Shown here piece after piece: positions 38,001 to 47,919 of a stretch of 64,000 bases of DNA. Each line of letters opens with the position of its first letter. Positions within the stretch are counted from its first letter, which is position 1. Below the pieces are notes generated by a model. The model had not been told where the DNA came from. It saw nothing but the letters and a program-made list of their open reading frames with translations, and made no database searches. This DNA comes from Blastocatellia bacterium (GTDB lineage Bacteria; Acidobacteriota; Blastocatellia; UBA7656), in the NCBI GenBank assembly GCA_963765495.1, contig CAVXWP010000007.1, positions 512,001-576,000 on the forward strand. The letters are read 5' to 3'. Made by a program: the position numbers and the translations under genes.

Positions 38001-40159
38001 GCAAGAAATCCGACATAGATCTCAGGTCGGTGACGTTGGGCAGCCTCGGTATGCATCAGGCGCAGGTGACGGGCGGGGTCGGAACCGAGATAGCAGAGCG
38101 AGCGGCGGAAGTTCGAACGCTCACCCCGGCAGCTCAGGCTTCTCAGACCGCGATTGCTTCCGCCCCAGCCGTAAAGATCGGTGTGAAGCAGGAGGGCTGG
38201 TACAGGGTTAGTATGGCCGAACTCCTCGCGGCGGGGCTCAACCCGAATGCCGATCCTCGCAATCTGAAGGTTTTTGTAGACGGTCAGGAAATCCCAATCG
38301 TAGTCAAGAACGCGCCGTCCGGCTCGCCCGATGCGGTTGAATTTTACGCAGTAGGTCTGGATTCCGTCTCATCCAATATCCGCACCTACTGGGTAGTGGC
38401 GACAGATACCCCGGGGCTGAGGATCAGTCCTCAATCGGGCAAGGCCGGGACAATTACGGCGGGAAGCTTCCCCTACACCGTTCAAAGAAAGGATCGGACC
38501 ATATACTTTTCGGCGCTAAAAAACGGCGAGAAAGAGAATTTCTTTGGCCCGGTCGTTTCATCATCACCAATAGACCAGACGCTCACGCTCACGCATGTAG
38601 CTCAATCCGACGCTTCGGCCACGCTCGAAGTAGCTATGCAGGGCGTGACCCGACTGGCGCACGCGGTTACGATAACGCTCAACGGTGAGGCTGTGGGAAC
38701 GCTGAATTTTGCCGGGCAGGCTGCCGGGGTTGCCCGCCTCTCGATTCCGCAATCGAAACTGAAGGAAGGAAGCAACATCGTTCGGTTGACGGGCGGAAGT
38801 TCCGGCCAGGACGTGAGCCTCATCGATTCGATCAGCATCACCTATCAGCACAGCTATATCGCCGATAGCGATGCGCTTCAGCTCACGGCTGAGGCCGGTC
38901 GCCAGATTACTATAGACGGGTTCACGAGCGCATCGGTACGGGTCGTGGATGCCACCAACCCCGATTCCGTTCAGGAACTGGCCGCAACGGTCAAATCCGG
39001 CAAGTCGGGATTTTCCGTCACGGCCACTGCTCAAGGGTCGGGGGATCGCACTCTTCTGGCCTTTGGCGATTCGCAGGTAAGGCATCCGGTCTCGATTGTT
39101 TACAACCAGCCCTCGAACTGGCGGCAGTCAACTACAAGCGCTGACCTGATTATCATCACACGTCAGGATTTCATGACGAGCGTGCAGCCGCTTGTCAGCG
39201 CAAGACAGAATCAGGGGCTTTCTGTGGCTGTCGTCGATGTCGAGGACATCTATGATGAATTCAGCTTTGGCCATAAATCGCCGCAGGCGCTCAAGGATTT
39301 CATACTCTACGCGAGAAATTCCTGGGCAACGCCCGCTCGTTTTGCGCTGCTTGTCGGCGACGGCAGCTTCGATCCGAAGGACTATCTCGGCTATGGAAAT
39401 GCGGACCTCGTGCCGAGCAAACTCATAGACTCTCAGTTTGTAGAGACTGCCTCCGACGACTGGTATGCCGACTCAAACGAAGACGGTCTGGCGGAAATAG
39501 CCGTGGGACGTCTGCCGGTTCGCACCGCTCAGGAGGCCGCCGTTATGATTTCAAAGATCGTAGCCTTTGACCGCCAGGGAGTCACAAATTCGGTGTTGCT
39601 GGTCTCCGACAGCAACGACGGCTATAACTTTGAAGCCGCCAGCGCGCAGGTTCGAGGCATCATACCCGCCGGGATCAATGTGGAGCAGATTGACAGAGGG
39701 CAGGTGGGAACCCTTACGGCAAAGAGCCAGTTGATCGACGCAATAGCGCGAGGACAGAAGATAGTCAATTACACGGGGCACGGAAACGCGACCATTTGGA
39801 GAGATAATCTTCTGACGGCAGCAGACGCCAGAAAGCTGACCAACCGCACCCATCTGCCGCTGTTTGTTACGATGTCGTGTTTGAACGGGTATTATCAAGA
39901 CCCGGTGCTCGACTCGCTGGCCGAATCGCTGATGAAGGCCGAACGCGGCGGAGCCGTTGCCGTGTGGGCTTCATCGGGACTGACCGAGCCAAGCGGTCAG
40001 GTGGTTATGGATCGTCAGGTATTTCAGTTTATCCTGAACTCCACCGGCTCAGGGATGCGTCTGGGAGAAGCCGTTCTTGGAGCGAAGGCTTCCGTATATG
40101 ACGGCGATCTTCGCCGTACGTGGATACTTTTCGGCGACCCGACGATGAGGCTAAGATAA
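35003..40159 (+). CDS. Secreted BNR/Asp-box beta-propeller passenger + Ig-like + C25 peptidase domain protein (C25-1)
   Basis: Signal peptide; repeated RSxDGGxTW Asp boxes, GGTQDNG, ATHGRG; C-terminal IYDEFSFG, GRLP, YTGHG, MSCLNG, LFGDP. Confidence 0.9.
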   Translation: MKPHSRSLWIALFLVALFTMVSMGGVVPVRVSAHGPQGQSTKPAPQKGVAPKEDSDEGEDPDLPRFANGKVDKEAYMRARQDNISLIRGVDLNGKFDPSLRVKAIRQLELQAAANAPVITTAAWTQIGPAPIPNGQTQTTTTAVSGRVTVVEIDPTNSSRLYVGTAQGGVYRSLDGGTTWAAIFDGAQSLAIGALALVPTDPTTLYVGTGEANGSCDSFAGVGLYRIDTVTTTPVLVGPINPVRNYNDAGGNPQSVPAFNGRSISKILVNPTDPGSLLVGTAGGVIGIGCDSPLGGAVPPLSTRGLYRLANADGDPAGVTVEKIPVATTAVAGGCFDLPCTANRSVNDMVYDPADTNILTLWLNGINVSGDGGIWRSTNAQSASPTFTQVFTTTATSTSNGRGVFAIYKQGANPTVIYEGSGEASTGGTLCNSSANQGALRRSTDGGATWSAKLPGGGGFCGGQCFYNLGLAVVPGATTATDTVYVAGNVQSANCAKLLGKSLDGAATVFANLDNGLHADTHVVKIDPNNSSVIYHGNDGGIYKSTNAAASWTSLNNTGFHATQFQSIATHPTDQFYTIGGTQDNGTEFLQPTNIWTRADAGDGGFAMIDQNAVNTTNVTMYHTYFNQAGTQIGYARATTAGGAWSFLGCSGSGTTRGISCTNTVNFYAPTALGPGSPNVVYLGTDRLYRSTDTGNNNTIVSQAPLVSGVPISSIAISPLSDLVRVVGLNDGSLFYTTTGSSTLTNLDPSNMIPNKYVGRIKVDPNNSNTVYIALAGYTGATTPDNSHVWKVTNLSTTPVITAINGSGPDALPDVPVNGFVVDPVNSNVLYAGTDIGVYRSTDAGANWMPFGTGLPIVAVFDMEIAQKGTTSEILRIATHGRGMWEISLAPTLAKVVDINASRFDDGRVLVEWQTGSEVNNLGFNIYREQDGQRIRVTPQLVAGAALVTGAGRSLLSGHTYQWADIPPANARKVSYWLEDVDLNGQSSWTGPIEIKLAHGKKSDIDLRSVTLGSLGMHQAQVTGGVGTEIAERAAEVRTLTPAAQASQTAIASAPAVKIGVKQEGWYRVSMAELLAAGLNPNADPRNLKVFVDGQEIPIVVKNAPSGSPDAVEFYAVGLDSVSSNIRTYWVVATDTPGLRISPQSGKAGTITAGSFPYTVQRKDRTIYFSALKNGEKENFFGPVVSSSPIDQTLTLTHVAQSDASATLEVAMQGVTRLAHAVTITLNGEAVGTLNFAGQAAGVARLSIPQSKLKEGSNIVRLTGGSSGQDVSLIDSISITYQHSYIADSDALQLTAEAGRQITIDGFTSASVRVVDATNPDSVQELAATVKSGKSGFSVTATAQGSGDRTLLAFGDSQVRHPVSIVYNQPSNWRQSTTSADLIIITRQDFMTSVQPLVSARQNQGLSVAVVDVEDIYDEFSFGHKSPQALKDFILYARNSWATPARFALLVGDGSFDPKDYLGYGNADLVPSKLIDSQFVETASDDWYADSNEDGLAEIAVGRLPVRTAQEAAVMISKIVAFDRQGVTNSVLLVSDSNDGYNFEAASAQVRGIIPAGINVEQIDRGQVGTLTAKSQLIDAIARGQKIVNYTGHGNATIWRDNLLTAADARKLTNRTHLPLFVTMSCLNGYYQDPVLDSLAESLMKAERGGAVAVWASSGLTEPSGQVVMDRQVFQFILNSTGSGMRLGEAVLGAKASVYDGDLRRTWILFGDPTMRLR

Positions 40160-40193
40160 GGTCTCCGCTCATATCCGGCGGTTAAACGATCTG

Positions 40194-40235
40194 GGGCTGA
40201 AAATGCGGTTTTAGCTGCATTTTCAGCCCTTTTTT
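40194..40235 (+). terminator. Rho-independent terminator
   Basis: GGGCTGAAAATGC ... GCATTTTCAGCCC followed by a T run. Confidence 0.85.
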
Positions 40236-40331
40236 ATTCGAGTCGAAAACCCTTGAGGGGCTTTCTATCTATGCCGCCTCAAAAAGAGCCCAATAAAAAG
40301 CTTTCAACAGGGAAAACCGGGGATTTTCTGC

Positions 40332-40360
40332 TTGACTTAAATTTACGACAAGCATAAATT
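40332..40360 (+). promoter_or_regulatory. Sigma70-type promoter upstream of C25 gene 2
   Basis: TTGACT-17 nt-TAAATT, about 410 nt before the ATG. Confidence 0.55.
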
Positions 40361-40771
40361 AGCCTCCATCAAGGGGAAGCAGTAACCAATTCAGTATGAG
40401 TATTCAAGAGCGAACAAGGGTCTTCTTGCTGAGGGCGGCCTTTCAGCCTCAGCTTACGGGTTGAAGACTAAGACACACCTTATTTTTAGTCGGTCATGAA
40501 AGACCGGCTTGAAGTTTGATTCAACTTAACAATCTGTTTTTGTAAGGCAGCTTTGCGCTGCGCCTGATACGTCAGTTTCTCGTTTTGAGGCTCCGGCTTG
40601 GCATCGGTTTAGCCCGACAGCCACAGGCAACACGCCGGGTGATGATCAGCCGCTGGCCGCGATGTAGAAACTGTATATCGGCGAGTTGGGTGGTGGCGTT
40701 CCTTATCAAATGGGATAGGAGCTAACTGCTAATGAATAACATATCGAGAAGAGATTAATGGAGAGTCCCCA

Positions 40772-43700
40772 ATGAAGATATCAAAGAAGAATTTGACACT
40801 GAAAAAATCGAGTGGACGGCTGATCGTCGCCACAACATTGATGTTTTTCTTATCAGTCATATTTTATCCAGTGACGCAGGGCCAGAATGGGTCGCAGGGC
40901 CAGAATGTAATCGAGCGCGCAACTGCGACGCTTGATGGGTCCGCGCTTGAAAGTGGAAAGAAGGCCCAGGCCTCAAGGGGACTGGGTGAAAGCGGCGCTA
41001 AAGGCTCGGGGGTCTCCGGCTCCGGCTCCGGCTCAGCCACTAAGCAGTCTCCAAACGTGGGCGAAGTTGCCAGTAATTACACCTTTGCCACAAATACCAC
41101 CGCGTCGCTTACCGATATGAGCACCGGCACAACTCAATTGCTCGGGCCAAACATTGACGACACCGCTTCGGCGCTCACCAATATCGGGTTTGACTTCTAT
41201 TTTCAGGGGGCGCGCTTCAGCCAGTTCTCGATCAATGAGAACGGCGTGTTTCGTCTAGGCGCAACCGCGCAGAGTTCTACTCCCTACAAGCCGCTTGCGC
41301 AGGCCGGTATTCCGATCATCACCGCTTACGGCGCAGACCAGCGGACGCACGCCGGAGACGGCAAAGTGCATTTCAAGGTGACCGGCTCGGCCCCGAACCG
41401 CGTGCTGACGGTTGAATGGCTCAACAACCAGGCCAATTTCAACACGGGCGGGACGGCAGACCTCACCTATCAGGTCAGACTCTATGAAACGACCGGCGTG
41501 ATCGAACTCGTCTACGGCAGCATGACGATGAGCGCTGCCGGGGCGGCCGATGCCAATTCAAGAGACCCGAACATCGGGTTTTCTTCGAGCAACACGGTCG
41601 GGACGGTCGGCTCTGTGACCGCCGCGCAAAGCGGCACACCCGCGCCGACATTCGACGGGACATCGGCCACAGCGGTGGCGAATCTTTATACGGCTGGCGC
41701 GATCACGGTGCTTACCTCTGCTACTAACGGCTCAAGGCGGATTTTTAGTTTCACGCCACCGACACCGACCGCGCCGACCGGCTTAAATTTCACCGGCGTC
41801 GCCCCGACCGCGATGATGCTCAACTGGACGGATTCACCAAATGAAACCATCTATGCCATATACCGCTCAACCGATGGCACAAACTTCACCTTCGACGGCA
41901 CGGCGGCACAGAACGCGACCTCATACGCGGCGTCGGGTTTGAATCCCAGCACGACTTATTTCTGGCGCGTGTTTGCCGTATCCGAAGGCGCGTTGAGCAC
42001 GGCGCTATCGGGCAGCCAGATGACATCGCCTGCCGGAATCGTTATGTCAACGGCTGCCGGCGGCAATTGGAGCAACCCGGCGACGTGGGTCGGGGGCAGC
42101 GTTCCTATCGCCAGCGACAATGTGACGATAGTTGACGGCGCGACCGTAACGATTGACACGGCGGCCGTAGCTTTGAACGTCACCGTAGGGCAGGGATCAT
42201 CCGGCATCTTGCAGTACGAGACTACGACGGCCCGCACGCTCACCGTTGGGCAGTCAGTGGTGGTATCGGCAGGAGGCACTTTCCAATCAGCCGCGACCGG
42301 CACCGTTACCACGCACGTTCTTTCGGTCGGAACGGATTTGACAAACAACGGCAATATTGATTTCAGCACCAACAGCAACACGGCGGGCGCGGGCATCACC
42401 TTTACCGGCGCAAACGACGCATCCTTTACCCTCGGCGCTGCCAGCACTACCGACTTCAAACAGACCGCTGGCGTCACCTTAAATAAGGGAACCAACAACA
42501 CGCCGGTTCTGACCTTCCTGCCCGGCGGCACAGTCACCGTATTGGGCGCTAATGCGGTCGGTTTCCTCACTATCACAAACGGCACGTTCAAGCTGTCGGG
42601 TGCCAATACATTCAGTAACCCGGTCTTTAACGCGGCGGCTTATTCGATTCCCGCGACGGGCGGATTCTGGATGAACAATGCCAACGCCACCGTCGTCGGG
42701 CTGAACGGCACGTCCACCCTTACGGGTATGTTCAGAATGTCGCAAGGCACGTTCAACATAGGCATCGCCACAGGCAACTCGATGGGCTTTGCTACGGGCA
42801 GTAACATTCTTGTGGAAGGGGGCGCAATAAACGCCACAGGCCGATTCGCCGTGTCGGCTTCAACCAGTGTCATTACCTACAATCAATCCGGCGGTACGAT
42901 CACTGTTTGCACCATCGGTAATGCCTCGACCACTCTCGCCAATTTCGACCTGGGAACCGCCATCGGGTCTACCGTTAACATAACCGGCGGCACGATCATC
43001 GTTCAACTCGCGAACACGGGAGGGTCCGGCCCGCGCGATTATCGCCATCAAGCCGGTACGACCGGGATTTTGAGCGTGACGGCGGGGACATTGCAACTGG
43101 GCAATGCCGCGTCAGGCGCAGCAAAGGCGTTCAACATCGCCGGTGTGCTTCCGAACCTTGTACTGAATAATGCCTCGGCCAATCATTCGGCGACCTTCCT
43201 GGCCCCGGTAGCCTTCAACAACATCTCGCTCGACATCACAATCAACACGGGCAATACGCTGAACATCGGCAACAATGTGTTTCTGATGAACGGGGCTACG
43301 TTAACCAATAATGGAACCTTGACCGCGAACGGAGCGAGTTCCAATTTTGTCTGGTTTCTGACGACGGCTCCGCAGATGTATACCGGCAGCGGCACGGTCA
43401 CAGCGCCGGTGACCAATTTCGCCATACAGTCAGACATGGGGCTGACCATTGACCCGGCCTCGTCCAACATCGTGGTCGGCGCAATCCGATTGTTCAGCGG
43501 CAATCTGATCAATTCCAACAAGATCACGCTAGGCAACGGCGGCGCTACCACAGGCATAGTGCAAATCGGCAATACGACTACGCCGACCGCAGCCGGAACT
43601 TTCGATGTGCCGTTTACCTTCAACCTCGGCACGGGCGGCGAAACGGTATCCTACTTGAGGACGACCTTGACCAGGACTACAGGGCCGGAGATCAATCCGA

Positions 43701-46700
43701 CCCGCACGCTCACGAGCATGACCTATGACGACAACGATGTTACCCATAGTCTGACCATCGCGGGCGGCGATCTCACGCTTGCAAGCGCCGCGACGGCGCT
43801 GACTTTGACAAACGGGCATATCCTCACCGGGGCCAATACTTTGATCCTGTCTTCCGGCACGGCCACTGTGACGCGAACAAACGGTTTCGTAGACGGCAAT
43901 TTCAGAAAGACCTACGCGGCGGCGGTCAACAAGACGTTCGAGGTGGGAACGGCCAACGGATTTTCGCCCGTAGCGGTCAACGCAACGGCCGGGACGTTCC
44001 CGGCTACGTTTACCGTAAAGGCGGTGCAGGGGCCGCAGCCCAATATCCTGTCGCCTCAACTGGCGCTGCAAAGATACTGGGTCCTCGACACCGCAGGAAT
44101 TACGACCGCCGATTTGACGTTCAACTATCTCGACCCGACCGACATCCCTGTCTCGGCTACCGAGGCGAATTTCGTCATCTTCAAGTATGACGGCGCGTTT
44201 ACAATGCCCGGCGGCACGGTCAACACCGCGGCCAATACGGCAAACATTACCGGCGTCATGTCGTTTTCAGACTGGACGCTTGCCGAACCGACCGCGCCTA
44301 CCGCTATCCAACTGGCGAGCTTCAGGGCCAGCAGCTATGACGCGGAGACGACCGGCGGCGGCGCTTCCGCTTCGAAGCGGAAATCGGGCGTCCTCATCGA
44401 ATGGAGAACCGGATTTGAGGTCGCCAACCTCGGCTTTAACATCTACAGACAGGAAGGCGAGAACCGCGTGCGGGTCAACCCCGATCTGATAGCGGGCTCG
44501 GCGCTGTTTGTAGGCGGCTCGACCGCATTGACCGCCGGACGCAGCTACAATTGGCGCGATCTCGGGTCGCGTGCCGGAGCAAACACCGATTACTGGCTCG
44601 AAGAGATCGACCTCAACGGCCAGAGCATCTGGCACGGTCCTGTAAGACCGACGCCTTCATCGGGCAGGCAGTTGTCATCGCTCGCCTCAGGCGACTCGAA
44701 GACGATGAGCGAGGTAAGCACCGAAACGGCCCGCTCGGGCGTGACCCGCCCCGTCGAGCAGTTCGCGCAATCGAGTAAATTCACAACCGCCCAGAAGAAG
44801 GCGCAACTTACCCTCGCGGGACAATCTGCGGTTAAAATAAGCGTGAGGCAGGCGGGCTATTACAGAGTCGGCCAGCCTGAATTGATCGCGGCCGGAATCA
44901 ACCCTTCGGTCGATCCGCGCCTGTTGCAGTTGAGCGTCAACGGGCAGGAAGTGCCGATCAGAGTGAGCGGAGAAAGTGACGGTCACTTCGATGCCGAGGA
45001 CGCGGTCGAGTTTTACGGCACGGGCGTAAACACGGCCTCAACGGATGCCCGCGTTTACTGGCTTGTGGCGGGGGCTCAGGCGGGCCGCCGCATTCAACCC
45101 GTGAGCGACGAGGGGACGGTCGAGTCGGGCAGCGGCTTTGCCTATACGGTTGAGCGCAGAGACCGCACGGTCTATTTCTCGGCGCTCAGAAACGGAGAGG
45201 CCGAGAACTTCTTTGGCGCGGTCCTTGCGCGCGATGCCGTGGATCAGACGCTCGCAGTCGAGCATCTGGACGGAGCGGGCGAGCAGGCGACGATTGAGGT
45301 CGCAGTGCAGGGAGTCACGCAGGTTCCGCACCGTGTCGGTGTCGAGATCAACGGCGAGTATGCCGGAGAAATGCTGTTTTACGGGCAAGCGGAAGGCAGA
45401 GGCACGTTTGCCGTATCGCATTCCTCGTTGAAAGAAGGCGATAACACGGTCAGGCTCGAATCGCGCGGCGGCCAAAATGATGTGAGCCTTGTGAATTACA
45501 TCAGGCTCACCTATCAGCACACCTTCATGGCTACGGACAATCTGTTGCGCGTGAATGCTTCGGGCAATCAGGAGGTGAGCATCAATGGATTCAGCACGTC
45601 AGATATTCGAGTGCTTGATGTCACCGACCCCGATAACGTTCAGGAAGTGCAGGGAAGCATAAAACGGGTGAAGGCGACTTATCAGGTGACCGTAGGCGTA
45701 CCGGGCGCGGGGGCGCGAAGTCTGCTTGCGATTGCCGAAGATCGGTTCGACGCTTCGGCGGCGGTTGTAGCAAATCAGCCTTCGAGCTTGCGGCAGCCGA
45801 AGAATGGAGCCGACCTGCTTATCATTACGCGAGCGGAATTCATCCCCGCCCTCGATCCGCTGGTTGCGCTGCGCCAGAGCCAGAAACTCGCCGTGGCGGT
45901 CATAGATATAGAAGACATCTATGATGAGTTTAGCTTCGGGCAGAAGTCGCCCGAGGCGGTCAGAGATTTCCTTGCCTATACGCGGGCAAGCTGGAAGAGG
46001 AAGCCGCAATATCTGCTCCTGGCAGGAGATTCCAGCTTCGATGCGAAGAATTATCTTGGGCTGGGAGATTACGATCTGGTTCCGTCGAAGCTTCTCGATA
46101 CTGTCTATCTCGAAACGGCGTCGGATGACTGGCTGGCGGATTTTGACGGAGACGGGCTGGCCGATATGGCCGTAGGCCGTTTGCCTTTCCGCTCTGTGGA
46201 TGAGGCGACCAGACTGGTATCAAAGATAGTCGGATATGAGAAGAAGGGAAGCTCGGCCTCGGTGCTGCTTGTAGCCGACCTGCCCGACGGGTACAACTTC
46301 GGGGAAACCAACGATCAGTTGAAGACGCTTGTTCCCGGAAACATTCGCGTTGTGGATGTGCGGCGCGGCGTAGACGATGATGCGACTACGAGGCAAAGGT
46401 TGATTGATGCTATCAACCAGGGTCAGAAGGTAGTCAATTACGTCGGGCATGGTTCGGTGACACTGTGGAGGGGCGACCTTCTGACATCGGATGATGTGAA
46501 TCAGTTAACAAACGCCGACAGATTGCCGTTGTTTGTGACGATGACGTGTCTGAACGGATACTTCCAGGACCCGACGCTTGATTCGTTGGCCGAGACCCTT
46601 TTGAAGGCCGAGCGCGGAGGAGCTATAGCCGTGTGGGCATCAAGCGGAATGACGATACCGGGAGATCAATCGTTGATGGATCGCGAGATGTTTAGAACGT

Positions 46701-46825
46701 TGTTTGGCACACCCGCCGGGCAGCGTCTGGGCGACCTGACGGTTAAAGCAAAGGCGGCGACCGGAGACAAAGACGTTCGGCAAACGTGGATACTGTTTGG
46801 CGATCCAAGCATGAGATTGAAATAA
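40772..46825 (+). CDS. Secreted adhesin-like protein: Fn3 + beta-helix passenger + Ig-like + C25 peptidase domain (C25-2)
   Basis: Fn3 (LNWTD...YAASGLNPSTTYFWRVFA), GNWSNPATW, Thr/Gly/Asn-rich beta-strand repeats; YVGHG, MTCLNG, LFGDP. Confidence 0.9.
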   Translation: MKISKKNLTLKKSSGRLIVATTLMFFLSVIFYPVTQGQNGSQGQNVIERATATLDGSALESGKKAQASRGLGESGAKGSGVSGSGSGSATKQSPNVGEVASNYTFATNTTASLTDMSTGTTQLLGPNIDDTASALTNIGFDFYFQGARFSQFSINENGVFRLGATAQSSTPYKPLAQAGIPIITAYGADQRTHAGDGKVHFKVTGSAPNRVLTVEWLNNQANFNTGGTADLTYQVRLYETTGVIELVYGSMTMSAAGAADANSRDPNIGFSSSNTVGTVGSVTAAQSGTPAPTFDGTSATAVANLYTAGAITVLTSATNGSRRIFSFTPPTPTAPTGLNFTGVAPTAMMLNWTDSPNETIYAIYRSTDGTNFTFDGTAAQNATSYAASGLNPSTTYFWRVFAVSEGALSTALSGSQMTSPAGIVMSTAAGGNWSNPATWVGGSVPIASDNVTIVDGATVTIDTAAVALNVTVGQGSSGILQYETTTARTLTVGQSVVVSAGGTFQSAATGTVTTHVLSVGTDLTNNGNIDFSTNSNTAGAGITFTGANDASFTLGAASTTDFKQTAGVTLNKGTNNTPVLTFLPGGTVTVLGANAVGFLTITNGTFKLSGANTFSNPVFNAAAYSIPATGGFWMNNANATVVGLNGTSTLTGMFRMSQGTFNIGIATGNSMGFATGSNILVEGGAINATGRFAVSASTSVITYNQSGGTITVCTIGNASTTLANFDLGTAIGSTVNITGGTIIVQLANTGGSGPRDYRHQAGTTGILSVTAGTLQLGNAASGAAKAFNIAGVLPNLVLNNASANHSATFLAPVAFNNISLDITINTGNTLNIGNNVFLMNGATLTNNGTLTANGASSNFVWFLTTAPQMYTGSGTVTAPVTNFAIQSDMGLTIDPASSNIVVGAIRLFSGNLINSNKITLGNGGATTGIVQIGNTTTPTAAGTFDVPFTFNLGTGGETVSYLRTTLTRTTGPEINPTRTLTSMTYDDNDVTHSLTIAGGDLTLASAATALTLTNGHILTGANTLILSSGTATVTRTNGFVDGNFRKTYAAAVNKTFEVGTANGFSPVAVNATAGTFPATFTVKAVQGPQPNILSPQLALQRYWVLDTAGITTADLTFNYLDPTDIPVSATEANFVIFKYDGAFTMPGGTVNTAANTANITGVMSFSDWTLAEPTAPTAIQLASFRASSYDAETTGGGASASKRKSGVLIEWRTGFEVANLGFNIYRQEGENRVRVNPDLIAGSALFVGGSTALTAGRSYNWRDLGSRAGANTDYWLEEIDLNGQSIWHGPVRPTPSSGRQLSSLASGDSKTMSEVSTETARSGVTRPVEQFAQSSKFTTAQKKAQLTLAGQSAVKISVRQAGYYRVGQPELIAAGINPSVDPRLLQLSVNGQEVPIRVSGESDGHFDAEDAVEFYGTGVNTASTDARVYWLVAGAQAGRRIQPVSDEGTVESGSGFAYTVERRDRTVYFSALRNGEAENFFGAVLARDAVDQTLAVEHLDGAGEQATIEVAVQGVTQVPHRVGVEINGEYAGEMLFYGQAEGRGTFAVSHSSLKEGDNTVRLESRGGQNDVSLVNYIRLTYQHTFMATDNLLRVNASGNQEVSINGFSTSDIRVLDVTDPDNVQEVQGSIKRVKATYQVTVGVPGAGARSLLAIAEDRFDASAAVVANQPSSLRQPKNGADLLIITRAEFIPALDPLVALRQSQKLAVAVIDIEDIYDEFSFGQKSPEAVRDFLAYTRASWKRKPQYLLLAGDSSFDAKNYLGLGDYDLVPSKLLDTVYLETASDDWLADFDGDGLADMAVGRLPFRSVDEATRLVSKIVGYEKKGSSASVLLVADLPDGYNFGETNDQLKTLVPGNIRVVDVRRGVDDDATTRQRLIDAINQGQKVVNYVGHGSVTLWRGDLLTSDDVNQLTNADRLPLFVTMTCLNGYFQDPTLDSLAETLLKAERGGAIAVWASSGMTIPGDQSLMDREMFRTLFGTPAGQRLGDLTVKAKAATGDKDVRQTWILFGDPSMRLK

Positions 46826-46835
46826 GATAACCCGG

Positions 46836-46902
46836 TTTGACAGGACTTACGGGATTAAAAAGATCAGGAGAAAATCTTTTTGAATCCCCTACGTCCTGTC
46901 AA
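46836..46902. terminator. GACAGGA-family inverted repeat between convergent genes
   Basis: TTGACAGGAC ... GTCCTGTCAA. Confidence 0.6.
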
Positions 46903-46959
46903 CCCCGGATTTCATTTACGCATTCCCAATAAACGGAGGTTGGTTTAATCTCTACGGGT

Positions 46960-47367
46960 TTAATGGGGCTGGATGCCGGAAGGGTTACAGGTCATCTCGA
47001 TGACGGTGTATTGCTTCTTTAGCCTTTCAAGCTCTTTACTCTGCTGATCCAGAATCTCCAAATAATCGGCGGGTGGATTGCCCCAGCATCCCGCGAGCCT
47101 GTAAAAGCGAATCTCTCTGCCGGTCCGGTCAACGAGTTTGCCAGGATCGCATCGCGCTTTCATCTCCGTCAATTTGTCTCGGACGGATATCTGTTTGATC
47201 GCGCCCGTCTCTTTCCCGGGCTTTGCGTCTTCGGTCGAGACGATGTCGGAAAGTTTTATATCAGGCGGAAGACAATCCTGGAGCGACTCCTGATTTTTGT
47301 GGCACGTCGTCATAGGAAGGCTCAACCCGAGCCAGAGCGCGAAACTGAGAGCGGCAAACAATTGCAT
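46960..47367 (-). CDS. Exported hypothetical protein with four spaced Cys in the mature region
   Basis: GGAGG RBS, signal-like N terminus, CLPP, ARC, GCWGNPPADY, MTCNPSG. Confidence 0.7.
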   Translation of the reverse strand: MQLFAALSFALWLGLSLPMTTCHKNQESLQDCLPPDIKLSDIVSTEDAKPGKETGAIKQISVRDKLTEMKARCDPGKLVDRTGREIRFYRLAGCWGNPPADYLEILDQQSKELERLKKQYTVIEMTCNPSGIQPH

Positions 47368-47595
47368 GATATTCCTCCCGGCGTGCTGGTCATGTGTCTT
47401 TATATATGCCAGGGTCGGGCGCGGTCAATGTGCGGTCAATTTCTTGTGGAAGGGGGTAAATATATTCGACGCGGAAATACATGCGAGGAGCTTTGAAAGA
47501 CAAAGGCTCACAGCGAAAGCTATAGATTTTTGATGGCTGCATGCCTTAGTGATAAATCATCCTTTTTGTGGTGCTGAAATCCTTACTATATACCC

Positions 47596-47625
47596 TTGAC
47601 GAATGGCACAGGCTGGAAGTAGGAT
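47596..47625 (+). promoter_or_regulatory. Sigma70-type promoter upstream of C25 gene 3
   Basis: TTGACG-18 nt-TAGGAT. Confidence 0.5.
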
Positions 47626-47919
47626 AGCGCCACACCAGTGATTGTTGAGTTGAGGAGGCTTTTTCAAGACCTGTAACCTGGGATTATGCTCTGCTGATTA
47701 CAATACAAAAGCAAATCGCGTCGGTTTTGAAATGCTAAATAAATATCTGTGAGTTTTGCGGGCCGGAAATGCGCTGGTTTTACTTGAATCCATCAGTGGA
47801 AATAGCTCTGATAGGTATAACCGAGGATTTGCTCGGATTGAGCGCGAATCCTTCGAAGAACTGGCGCTGAATCTTCCGGGTTTCGTTAAGGCATAAATAG
47901 CATCAAGAGGAGACATAGA

